A stretch of DNA of 14,607 nucleotides from an archaeon. Its GTDB lineage: Archaea > Nanobdellota > Nanobdellia > Woesearchaeales > UBA9642. A program made the position numbers and the translations under genes. Location: the NCBI GenBank assembly GCA_043806035.1, contig JAZDHK010000018.1, positions 1-14,607 of the forward strand, given 5' to 3'. The notes beneath the pieces are model-generated. The model was given only the letters and a program-made list of their open reading frames with translations, was not told where the DNA came from and searched no databases. Positions 1 through 8,060 of this stretch are shown piece after piece (the first letter of the stretch is position 1; every line of letters begins with the position of its first letter).

Positions 1-86
1 CTTTCTTATGTGTAGTGTATTTGTGTAGGTTATTATATTATCTTTATTCTACCATTTAACATACAGGTAAAATTTACTACATAACA

Positions 87-108
87 GTTCCATGAGAAAT
101 CAAGGGGT
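87..108 (+). repeat. ORB-like box 1 (GTTCCATGAGAAATCAAGGGGT) with G-string
   Basis: TTCC-N4-GAAA core followed by GGGG, pointing toward the spacer. Confidence 0.8.
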
Positions 109-176
109 GGTTTATTGTCTGGAAAATTCACGTCCGCAACACCTTTTTTCAGAATACATACTGCACACCCATAACA

Positions 177-185
177 TTTATATAA
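177..185 (+). promoter_or_regulatory. TATA box for the cdc6-DP1-DP2 operon
   Basis: TTTATATAA about 25-30 bp upstream of ATG 210, consistent with a leaderless or short-leader archaeal transcript. Confidence 0.6.
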
Positions 186-202
186 CCTTGATTTCTCATG
201 GA
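186..202 (-). repeat. ORB-like box 2, inverted copy of box 1
   Basis: 17/17 reverse-complement match to 89-105. It lies between the TATA box and the likely cdc6 start. Confidence 0.8.
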
Positions 203-209
203 TGTTCTG

Positions 210-1430
210 ATGGTAAAGAAACAAAAAAACATAACTTCTTTTTTCGAGAGTTTTATCAGAAAAAATTCACTTTTTGAAGATAAAAAAGTGCTTCAAAGCT
301 CATATACTCCCGAGAACATACCCCATCGAGAAAGGGAAATAGAACAAGTGGCACACATTCTAGCACCAGCTCTTCGTTCTGAAAAACCATCAAATCTGTT
401 CATTTATGGAAAGACAGGAACGGGGAAAACACTCATCATGAAGCATGTTGCGGAAAAAATGATGGAATTAGCACAGAGAGAAAACATACCCTTGCGCATA
501 TTTTATCTCAATTGCAAACTCAAAAAAATTGCGGACACCGAATATAGACTTATTGCAGAACTTGCTCGGTTTTTTGGAAAGGCCATACCCCCAACAGGGC
601 TCCCTACTGACGAAGTATACAACATCTTCTTTCAAACACTCGATAAAGAGAAGCAAACCGTCATCCTTGTCCTTGATGAAATAGACCAACTCATTAAACG
701 GGCGGGTGATGAAGCAATATATAATTTAACGCGAGTCAATATCGAGCTCAAAAATGCACAAGTATCCTTGGTCGGCATCAGTAACGACTTACTTTTTGCG
801 GACAACCTCGATCCTCGCATAAAATCTAGCCTCAGTGAAGAAGAACTCGTCTTTCCACCGTATAACGCACTGCAACTCCAGGACATCTTAAAAAAAAGAG
901 CGACACAAGCGTTCAGAGAAGGCATTCTTGAAGAAGGAGTCATCAGCAAATGCGCAGCATACGCCGCACGAGAACATGGAGATGCACGACGAGCTCTTGA
1001 ACTGCTCCGCGTGGCGGGAGAACTTGCGGAACGAAACAACAAGGAATGCGTGACCATACCTGACTTAGATGAAGCGGAAGAAAAGCTAGAGCGCGACAGA
1101 ATATTGGATGCGGTAACTACACAACCAAAACAATTCCAAGCAGCACTGCATGCCATACTGCTCATCCATCAAAAGAACACAGGCAGAATCTTCACGGGAG
1201 AAGTGTATGAAGTCTACAAAAACATATGTCAAAAAACCGGCTTGCGACCATTAACACAGAGACGACTCAGCGACATCCTTGCGGAATTCGACATGCTCGG
1301 CATCATCAATGCAAAAATAATCAGCAAGGGCCGTTATGGCAGAACAAGAGAGATCAGCGTGGACCTACCCGAACATCTTAAGCCAAAAGTACTCTCTATA
1401 TTAAAGGAAGGGCTCCACCTTGAAACCTGA
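210..1430 (+). CDS. cdc6: Orc1/Cdc6 replication initiator (AAA+ plus winged helix)
   Basis: Walker A GKTGTGKT, Walker B ILVLDEID, sensor-2 GDARRAL, C-terminal winged helix with SKGRYGRT wing. ATG 210 preferred over ATG 198, which lies inside ORB2 and too close to the TATA box. Confidence 0.96.
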   Translation: MVKKQKNITSFFESFIRKNSLFEDKKVLQSSYTPENIPHREREIEQVAHILAPALRSEKPSNLFIYGKTGTGKTLIMKHVAEKMMELAQRENIPLRIFYLNCKLKKIADTEYRLIAELARFFGKAIPPTGLPTDEVYNIFFQTLDKEKQTVILVLDEIDQLIKRAGDEAIYNLTRVNIELKNAQVSLVGISNDLLFADNLDPRIKSSLSEEELVFPPYNALQLQDILKKRATQAFREGILEEGVISKCAAYAAREHGDARRALELLRVAGELAERNNKECVTIPDLDEAEEKLERDRILDAVTTQPKQFQAALHAILLIHQKNTGRIFTGEVYEVYKNICQKTGLRPLTQRRLSDILAEFDMLGIINAKIISKGRYGRTREISVDLPEHLKPKVLSILKEGLHLET

Positions 1431-2811
1431 TGATCTTGTGGATTATTATCTGAAAAAAGGAATCCTGCTCAGTCCAGAACTCGAAGTGCTCGAGCAACCA
1501 GCACCGCAGTCTAATGTGACGGGCCCCGTCCAAGAAGAACAAGAAGGAAGCGTGGAAATCGTCCGCTCGTACAGCGACAAGGCGGGAAGTAGATCTGTGC
1601 AGGATTTTGTGAACTATTTTAATTTGAGATATAAGAGCATCGACGCCTTGCTGCGGGGGAGGCAAGAATTACAGAACACCACGGCAATAAAACGGCTACT
1701 TTCGAGAAAAGAGAGAGAACAAGCAACCATCATCTGCATGATTCTCGAGAAGAACATAACCAAGAACAAGAACATCCTTCTCACAGTTGAAGACCAAACA
1801 GGCCATCTCACAGTGCTCATCAGCAAGAACAAACGCCCCCTGTACGACATGGCATTGACGCTTTGTCTGGATGACATCATCGGCATCAGCGGCACGTATG
1901 AAGGCATACTCTACGCAGACACCATAATTCTGCCAGACATTCCCCTCAATAAAGAATTCAAGAAAAGTCCAATTGAAGAAGTGCTTGTCGTCATTAGTGA
2001 TTTGCACATAGGTAGCAAAAAATTCATGGAAAAGGAATTTCTCAAATTCATCGATTGGTTGAGCGGCAACGTGGGCAAGGAAGAACAACGACATCTGGCA
2101 AGCAAGACAAGATACTTGTTCATCGTGGGAGACCTCATAGAAGGCGTAGGCATATATCCCGATCAAGAAAAAGACCTCAACATCACCGATGTTTACAAAC
2201 AATATGCAAAACTTGCCGAATACCTCCAACGACTGCCCCAACACATACACATCATCATATCGCCAGGGAATCACGACGTCGGCAGGTTAAGCGAGCCACA
2301 ACCAAAACTGTTCAAGGATTTCGCAAAACCACTCTATGATCTGCCAAACGTTCATCTCGTCAGCAACCCCGCATATGTGAACATAGGAAAGACGGCAGCA
2401 TTTCCTGGTTTTGATGTGCTGCTCTATCATGGTGGCAGCCTCATATATTATTCTGAAGAAGTGGAGCACATCAGGGCAGCAGGAGGGCAAAAACGTGTAG
2501 ATTTAGTCATGAAACACCTGCTCCAACGACGGCATCTCGCGCCTGCGCACAATGCGACACTCTACGTGCCGTATCCGGATAAGGATCCATTACTCATCGA
2601 TATCGTCCCTGATTTTTTCATCACCGGGCACATACATCGTGCAATCATAACCACGTACAGAAATGTCATGCTCGTGAACAGCAGCGGATGGGTGGCCAAC
2701 ACAGAATATCAGGACAAACGAGGATTAGAGCCACAGCTTGGCAGAGCAATGGTGTTTAACCTGAAAACAAGAGAGGCAAAAACGCTCAATTTTCTCGAGG
2801 GAAATGCATGA
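1420..2811 (+). CDS. polB: DNA polymerase D small subunit DP1 (OB fold plus calcineurin-like proofreading exonuclease)
   Basis: Phosphoesterase motifs SDLHIGS, GDLIEG, GNHD, YHG and GHIH, plus RRHLAP. TTG start overlaps cdc6 by 11 nt. Canonical cdc6-DP1-DP2 order. Confidence 0.94.
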   Translation: MKPDDLVDYYLKKGILLSPELEVLEQPAPQSNVTGPVQEEQEGSVEIVRSYSDKAGSRSVQDFVNYFNLRYKSIDALLRGRQELQNTTAIKRLLSRKEREQATIICMILEKNITKNKNILLTVEDQTGHLTVLISKNKRPLYDMALTLCLDDIIGISGTYEGILYADTIILPDIPLNKEFKKSPIEEVLVVISDLHIGSKKFMEKEFLKFIDWLSGNVGKEEQRHLASKTRYLFIVGDLIEGVGIYPDQEKDLNITDVYKQYAKLAEYLQRLPQHIHIIISPGNHDVGRLSEPQPKLFKDFAKPLYDLPNVHLVSNPAYVNIGKTAAFPGFDVLLYHGGSLIYYSEEVEHIRAAGGQKRVDLVMKHLLQRRHLAPAHNATLYVPYPDKDPLLIDIVPDFFITGHIHRAIITTYRNVMLVNSSGWVANTEYQDKRGLEPQLGRAMVFNLKTREAKTLNFLEGNA

Positions 2812-5800
2812 ATGCCAGCCCAGCCATGAAACAGTATTTTGCCAAGCTCGAGAAAGAATGCCTGCGTCTTTATGCAGTTGCCAGTGAAGCGCGAAAGAAA
2901 GGATACGACCCCGATCTTGTTGTTGAGGTCAATCTTGCAAAGAACATGGCAGAGCGCGTTGTTGGTTTGATTAGTGTCGTTGCTCCCCAAATTAAGGGAT
3001 CGGGTGCGGCAGAACGTATCGTTGCACTGGAACAGCAGTACGGCCTTTTGGACTGGCGTGTTGCATTAACCATTGCAGAAGAGGTTGCTCGACAAAAATT
3101 CTGTACTTTTCCCTCTGAGAAGGAGGCAATAGAGGTCGGCATCAGGACGGGATTTGCATACATCACTGTTGGTGTGGTCAGCAGCCCACTCGAAGGGTTC
3201 ACCAGTATCGACATCAAGAGCAGGCTTGATGGCACAGGACAATATTTTTGTTTGAATTTCAGTGGACCAATACGAAATGCAGGTGGAACGGCAGCAAGCG
3301 TTTGCGTACTTATCGCTGACTATGTGAGAAAAAAGTTTGGATATGCTGCTTACGATCCAACGCTCACTGAAATCAAGCGCTGCCATGCAGAACTCGAGGA
3401 CTATCACGAATATGTCACGAACTTACAATATTTTCCCAGCACGGCCGAATCAGAATTTCTCATGCAAAATATACCTGTGGAAATCGGCGGGGACCCCAGT
3501 GAGGACAGGGAGGTATCCAACTACAAAGACATCCCTCGTATACAGACGAACAAGCTCAGAAGCGGCTATTGTCTCATCCATAGCAGCTGCATCCCGCTCA
3601 AAGCACCAAAATTGTGGGCTCCGTTAAAGCAATGGGGCAAGGATTTCGCCATGGATCACTGGGCATTCCTTGAGAAATTTCTTGTCGTACAAAAAAGAGA
3701 AAAATCACAAAAGAAGAAAGAATCTTCAGAAAAGATAACGCCAGATTACACCTACATCAAGGATTTAGTTGCGGGAAGACCCGTGCTCGGACACCCACTC
3801 CGTGCAGGAGCATTCAGATTACGATACGGCAGATGCAGAACATCCGGGTTTAGCAGTCAAGCACTCCATCCCGCAACACTGCGCATCCTTAACGAATTCA
3901 TAGCCATAGGGACACAGCTCAAGACGGAACGCCCAGGAAAAGCAACAGCCATAACCTCCTGTGACACCATTGAAGGGCCCATCGTCAAACTGCATGACGG
4001 ATCAGTTGTCTTTGTTGAGACGGAAGAACAGGCGAAGCAAGTCCGTCAGCAAGTAAAAGAGATACTTTTTGCGGGAGACCTGCTTGTCAGCTACGGAGAT
4101 TTCTTTGATAGAGCGCACGTCCTTGTCCCTCCGGGATATTGTCAAGAACAATGGATTCTTGAGCTCGAAAAGGCAATAGTGCACCGCTATGGAGATCTGG
4201 ACTGTGCTGCAGTACACGAGCAAACCGGCATCACCGAAGAAAATCTCATCAATCTTTTCAAAAATCCATTACGAACAAAATTATCTGCACGGGCAGCAAT
4301 AGCACTCGCAAAAGCAACAGACACGTCCTTACACCCGCGATACACGTATCATTGGAAGACCATAACGTACGACCAACTCTTTGCACTGTTCTCCTGGCTG
4401 GGAGAGGCAATCATTGAAGAGAACAAAATCATCATCCCCTATCAAAAACAAGAAGGAAAACGAACACTTGAACTGCTCGGCATACCTCACTTGTTCATCA
4501 ACTTTGAGTATGTGGTTATTGAGAAGGAGGACGCTCAGGCACTACTGGCGCAACTGCCCTCTTTCTCTCAAGATCCGCGACAGGCAGCGATAGAGCTGCA
4601 AGCAAAAGCGCAAGCACATGTTCAAGACAATAATCCCCTCGACTTCATCAAGGTCATTTCCTCAGTCAAGCTCCATGACAAATCAGGCATATTTGTGGGG
4701 ACGAGAATGGCCCGTCCAGAAAAAGCAAAAATGCGAAAGCTCACCGGTAGCCCACACACACTCTTCCCCATCGGTGAAGAAGGGGGAAAGCTCAGAAGCT
4801 TTCAAAGCGCACTTCTACGTGGAAAAATCACGGCAAACTTTCCGCTCTGTTTCTGCCAACACTGCAACAAGGAGACGGTCTTGAGCGTTTGTGAGACCTG
4901 CGATACGATAACAGAACGAAAAACAATAGCAACCCAGAAAGGCATGGTAAAATACAAAGAACAAGCTCTTGAAGTGCAACCGTTGTTTGCGGCATTGCTT
5001 AAAAAATTAAAGATGAACGTCTATCCCGACCTCATCAAAGGAATACGCGGAACGAGCAACAAAGAACACACACCAGAACATCCAGCAAAAGGAATCCTCA
5101 GAGCAAAACACGGCGTGTTCGTCAACAAAGATGGCACAGTCAGATACGACGTGTCAGAGATTGCCCTCACCCATTTTAAACCAGCAGAAATAGGCATCAG
5201 CGTGGAAGAGGCGTCAGCACTCGGCTACATGTACGATAAGGACGGCAAGCCGCTCACAAATCCAGAGCAAGTAGTGGAAATCAAACCACAGGACATCGTG
5301 CTGCCCTGTTGTCCTGACAGTCCAGAAGAGTCCGCAGACGAGGTATTGTTCAGGACTGCAAATTTTGTTGATGATCTGCTCGTGCGACTGTACGGACTCA
5401 AGCCATACTTCTCTCTGCGGGCAAAGCACGATTTGCTCGGGCAACTCATCGTTGGATTGGCACCGCACACTTCCGCGGGAATTCTGGGGAGGATCATTGG
5501 CTTTTCAAAAACGCAAGGGTATTTTGCGCACCCACTCTTCCACGCAGCCATGCGGCGCGATCTTGATGGCGATGAGTCCTGCATACTGCTCCTCGCAGAT
5601 GTTTTCTTGAATTTTTCAAGACAATACCTTCCTGAATCCCGAGGATCAACCATGGATGCACCGCTCGTGCTCACGTTTGTCCTTGATCCTGCAGAAGTAG
5701 ATGACATGATTTTCAAAATGGACATTGCTTGGCAGTATCCTCTTGAATTCTACGAGGCCGCGCAATTGTATAAAATGCCCTGGGAAGTCAAAGTCAGGCA

Positions 5801-6311
5801 GCTCAAGCACGTGCTCAGCACAGAACAGCAGTACGATGGGTGGGGGTTCACGCACGACACCACTGACCTCAATGCAGGTGTGCTGTGCAGCCAGTACAAG
5901 CTTCTGGTGACGATGGAGGACAAGCTCAAAGGGCAGATGGATCTCGCAAAGAAATTACGTGCTGTAGACGAGGCGGACGTGGCGCAGCGTGTCATCGAAA
6001 AGCACTTCATCCGTGACATCCGAGGAAATCTCAGGAAGTTCTCAAGCCAAGAGTTTAGATGTGTTGACTGCAACGAAAAATATAGGAGACCCCCACTTAT
6101 TGGCAAGTGCAAAAAGTGTGGCGGCAAACTCTTGTTCACCATAAGCCAAGGATCTATAGTGAAGTATTTGGATCCGACCATTAGTCTTGCGCGCGCATAC
6201 AATCTCTCGACATACTTGCAGCAAAGCATAGAATTACTCAAGAGAAGAGTGGAGAGCTATTTTGGAAAGGAGACGGAGATGCAGTCAGGACTCGGTGCCT
6301 GGTTCGGCTGA
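2808..6311 (+). CDS. polC: DNA polymerase D large subunit DP2, intein-free
   Basis: Motifs GPIRNAGGT, FRLRYGRCRTSG, GTQLKTERPGK, NKDGTVRYD, LAPHTSAG, catalytic DGDE, RGSTMDAPLVL, C-terminal CVDC...CKKC zinc finger and PIP-like QSGLGAWF. ATGA overlap with DP1. Confidence 0.97.
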   Translation: MNASPAMKQYFAKLEKECLRLYAVASEARKKGYDPDLVVEVNLAKNMAERVVGLISVVAPQIKGSGAAERIVALEQQYGLLDWRVALTIAEEVARQKFCTFPSEKEAIEVGIRTGFAYITVGVVSSPLEGFTSIDIKSRLDGTGQYFCLNFSGPIRNAGGTAASVCVLIADYVRKKFGYAAYDPTLTEIKRCHAELEDYHEYVTNLQYFPSTAESEFLMQNIPVEIGGDPSEDREVSNYKDIPRIQTNKLRSGYCLIHSSCIPLKAPKLWAPLKQWGKDFAMDHWAFLEKFLVVQKREKSQKKKESSEKITPDYTYIKDLVAGRPVLGHPLRAGAFRLRYGRCRTSGFSSQALHPATLRILNEFIAIGTQLKTERPGKATAITSCDTIEGPIVKLHDGSVVFVETEEQAKQVRQQVKEILFAGDLLVSYGDFFDRAHVLVPPGYCQEQWILELEKAIVHRYGDLDCAAVHEQTGITEENLINLFKNPLRTKLSARAAIALAKATDTSLHPRYTYHWKTITYDQLFALFSWLGEAIIEENKIIIPYQKQEGKRTLELLGIPHLFINFEYVVIEKEDAQALLAQLPSFSQDPRQAAIELQAKAQAHVQDNNPLDFIKVISSVKLHDKSGIFVGTRMARPEKAKMRKLTGSPHTLFPIGEEGGKLRSFQSALLRGKITANFPLCFCQHCNKETVLSVCETCDTITERKTIATQKGMVKYKEQALEVQPLFAALLKKLKMNVYPDLIKGIRGTSNKEHTPEHPAKGILRAKHGVFVNKDGTVRYDVSEIALTHFKPAEIGISVEEASALGYMYDKDGKPLTNPEQVVEIKPQDIVLPCCPDSPEESADEVLFRTANFVDDLLVRLYGLKPYFSLRAKHDLLGQLIVGLAPHTSAGILGRIIGFSKTQGYFAHPLFHAAMRRDLDGDESCILLLADVFLNFSRQYLPESRGSTMDAPLVLTFVLDPAEVDDMIFKMDIAWQYPLEFYEAAQLYKMPWEVKVRQLKHVLSTEQQYDGWGFTHDTTDLNAGVLCSQYKLLVTMEDKLKGQMDLAKKLRAVDEADVAQRVIEKHFIRDIRGNLRKFSSQEFRCVDCNEKYRRPPLIGKCKKCGGKLLFTISQGSIVKYLDPTISLARAYNLSTYLQQSIELLKRRVESYFGKETEMQSGLGAWFG

Positions 6312-7154
6312 TGCCACGTCGAGCAGCTGGCACGCCTTGCATATCCTTCCCGAACTGGCTTCTCCGCAACGCTCGCATTGGCGGAGGTTTCTTTCTTCCC
6401 GTAATCGCTCGTGCATGACGAGGAATGCATTGACGATGTTCCTTTTCATCCCTGATTGCTGCTCTGCATTGTTCAAGACAGAACGCACGGCATCCCTGTA
6501 GCTTTCGTGTGTGTAGGGGCATTCGTGAAATGCAAGGGGCAGATTGTTGAGGAAGGCATATGCGCGCGTTTCTCTCTCCGTGCAAAAATAGAGCGGTTTG
6601 ATTCGTCTGGTGAATTGTGCGTTCGCTTTTGTTATTGGCCCGAGCTTGGCAAGCAGGAATGGCTGTCCTTTGTACACGTTCATGAGTATGGTTTGCGCCT
6701 CATCATCCAAATTGTGACCCGTTGCCAACTTGTCGTATCCTTTGGCATATTTGTTCAGCAAGTAACGTCTGAAGGTGCCACAGACCGTGCATGGCTTGTG
6801 CGACTGCAACAGTTCTTGCAAGCTGTCCCCCAAAACATCCTTGAACGAGACCACGTTCGGAGGAGGAAACCCTTGCTGTTTGCAAAAGGTGAGCAGTTCA
6901 GACAGAGTATGTTCTCTATATCCTGGAATTCCCTCATCAATTGCTAGAATGTCAAATGTATATTGTAATTTATGCAAGATGAGTGCAAGTGTCATACTGT
7001 CCTTGCCGCCGCTCGCAGCGACGAGTATCTTGTCATTGGGCATGATGAGATTGAAGCGGTCGATTGTTTCTTTGACCTTTCGCTCTATGCTTTCGAGAAA
7101 GTGCTCTCTGCACAATGTTTCAATAACTGCAGGGTTGCCGCAATGGCAGAGCAT
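6285..7154 (-). CDS. ttuA: tRNA 2-thiolation protein, TtuA/NcsA/Ncs6 (CTU1) family PP-loop ATPase
   Basis: N-terminal zinc finger (CHC...CREH), PP-loop SGGKDS, CTVC, GHNLDD, CPY and C-terminal CERC...CKAC zinc finger. Directly abuts a ubiquitin-like gene. Confidence 0.88.
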   Translation of the reverse strand: MLCHCGNPAVIETLCREHFLESIERKVKETIDRFNLIMPNDKILVAASGGKDSMTLALILHKLQYTFDILAIDEGIPGYREHTLSELLTFCKQQGFPPPNVVSFKDVLGDSLQELLQSHKPCTVCGTFRRYLLNKYAKGYDKLATGHNLDDEAQTILMNVYKGQPFLLAKLGPITKANAQFTRRIKPLYFCTERETRAYAFLNNLPLAFHECPYTHESYRDAVRSVLNNAEQQSGMKRNIVNAFLVMHERLREERNLRQCERCGEASSGRICKACQLLDVASAEPGTES

Positions 7155-7349
7155 TTACCCACCACTCGTGACGCTGAGCAGCTTCAGTGAGTCTTTATCA
7201 ACGAGTTCGATATCGTCCGTAAGCAACGTGTTCTCCCGCACAACAAGAACATCTCCCGGGGCAAGCTTAAGCGTTTCGAGCAACTGTTTCACTGTTCCCG
7301 AGAATTCAATATCCTTTGTTTCACCCGTTTTTTCAATGAATATCTTCAT
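7155..7349 (-). CDS. Ubiquitin-like sulfur carrier, SAMP2/TtuB (MoaD/ThiS family), 64 aa
   Basis: Small beta-grasp-sized protein ending VTSGG. ATG 7349 forms an ATGA overlap with the upstream gene's stop, and its own stop abuts the ttuA ATG. Confidence 0.9.
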   Translation of the reverse strand: MKIFIEKTGETKDIEFSGTVKQLLETLKLAPGDVLVVRENTLLTDDIELVDKDSLKLLSVTSGG

Positions 7350-7699
7350 GGTTTCACGCAAATCTTACAATTATGGGGGGGACGACCGAGCTTTTTGTGT
7401 AATTTGCACAAAATTTTCTCTTTCTTCACGAGTGCAGCGAGCTTGAGCAGTTCCTTTCCGCTGTTTCCTTTGTTCAAGAGCTTTTTTGCAGATGCCTTTA
7501 TTTCCTGCCGTATCTTTATGGGAAAGGAAACGGATGACCCTCTTTTTTTGCTGAAGTACTGGCTTATCGCACCTTCACTGACATCTAACAGCTTCGCTAT
7601 TTCCTTTTGGGGTGTGCCCTTTTCCTTGAGTGCCTGTGCAAGATCCTTGCGTAAAGAGGGAAGCACATACCACACTTCAATCTCCTGAGGCAAGTCCAT
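7346..7699 (-). CDS. XRE-type HTH transcriptional regulator (COG2522-like) with C-terminal Cys/His metal-binding motif
   Basis: N-terminus LPQEIEVWYVLPSLRKDLA, HTH QKEIAKLLDVSEGAISQYFSKKRG, and C-terminal C-x2-H-x9-C-x2-C. Confidence 0.85.
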   Translation of the reverse strand: MDLPQEIEVWYVLPSLRKDLAQALKEKGTPQKEIAKLLDVSEGAISQYFSKKRGSSVSFPIKIRQEIKASAKKLLNKGNSGKELLKLAALVKKEKILCKLHKKLGRPPHNCKICVKP

Positions 7700-7718
7700 G
7701 AGCCTTACGAGTGCAGGT

Positions 7719-7735
7719 CTTTTTAAATAGTTTTG
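7719..7735 (-). promoter_or_regulatory. BRE/TATA for the HTH-SAMP-ttuA operon
   Basis: Minus strand reads CAAAACTATTTAAAAAG, about 21-29 bp upstream of ATG 7699. Confidence 0.55.
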
Positions 7736-7844
7736 TACTGCATCGCTTTCTATTGGCTTGTTTTAGTTAATGTCAAGAAACAGTGTAACAGGACATGTTT
7801 ACTCAAGTATTTCCTGTGGAACTCATTTTTAAGCCAATTTCCAC

Positions 7845-7865
7845 TTCCATAAGAAATGATGGGGT
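7845..7865 (+). repeat. ORB-like box 3 (TTCCATAAGAAATGATGGGGT)
   Basis: 18/21 identical to box 1 (88-108), including the GGGG string. Confidence 0.7.
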
Positions 7866-7928
7866 GTTTTTTGTATACTGGTTGGTCTAGAATTGAAGAT
7901 TCACTGCCTGAGACACTAAAACTGCGGT

Positions 7929-7949
7929 TTCCATAAGAAAGCAAGGAGG
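7929..7949 (+). repeat. ORB-like box 4 (TTCCATAAGAAAGCAAGGAGG)
   Basis: 17/21 identical to box 1. Shares an exact 12-mer (TTCCATAAGAAA) with box 3, 84 bp upstream. Confidence 0.65.
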
Positions 7950-8001
7950 CGTGCATTGTGGAACATGCGTCTTGTGAAACGGCCTTTTTAAAATAACAGT
8001 A

Positions 8002-8010
8002 TTTATAAAT
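8002..8010 (+). promoter_or_regulatory. TATA box for tbp
   Basis: TTTATAAAT preceded by A-rich sequence, ~50 bp before ATG 8061. An alternative TTTAAAAA lies at 8038-8045, and GGGGGA sits just before the start. Confidence 0.55.
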
Positions 8011-8060
8011 AAGTAGTGCTTTTCTACCGACGAACTGTTTAAAAAGTTGGGGGAACAAGC

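Larger units (their letters stand above)
87..202. other. Candidate replication origin (oriC): inverted ORB pair directly upstream of cdc6/orc1
   Basis: TCCATGAGAAATCAAGG at 89-105 has its exact reverse complement (CCTTGATTTCTCATGGA) at 186-202, with an 80-bp spacer. The motif resembles the archaeal ORB consensus (TTCCAGTGGAAAC...GGGG). It is adjacent to cdc6 and preceded by AT-rich sequence at 1-86. The origin may extend past the window start. Confidence 0.8.

Noticed and set aside
33-277. Short ORFs 33-224 (-) and 92-277 (+)
   Set aside because: They overlap the ORB pair and cdc6, and show no coding signal.
219-900. Homopolymer A/T runs in cdc6 as frameshift or phase-variation sites
   Set aside because: The reading frame is intact, and the runs reflect Lys and Phe codons.
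6285-7349. TtuA/SAMP as a DNA sulfur-modification (Dnd-like) system, given its position next to PolD
   Set aside because: The protein has the complete two-zinc-finger TtuA/Ncs6 architecture, and no dnd, ssp or pbe genes are present.
7845-7949. Direct repeats read as a mini-CRISPR array
   Set aside because: Only two imperfect copies with a ~63-bp spacer, no cas genes nearby, and the motif matches the cdc6-adjacent boxes.
7740-8000. Possible tRNA or structured ncRNA
   Set aside because: No cloverleaf or T-loop motif found, only weak 4-5-bp stems. An Infernal/Rfam scan would be needed to exclude it fully.
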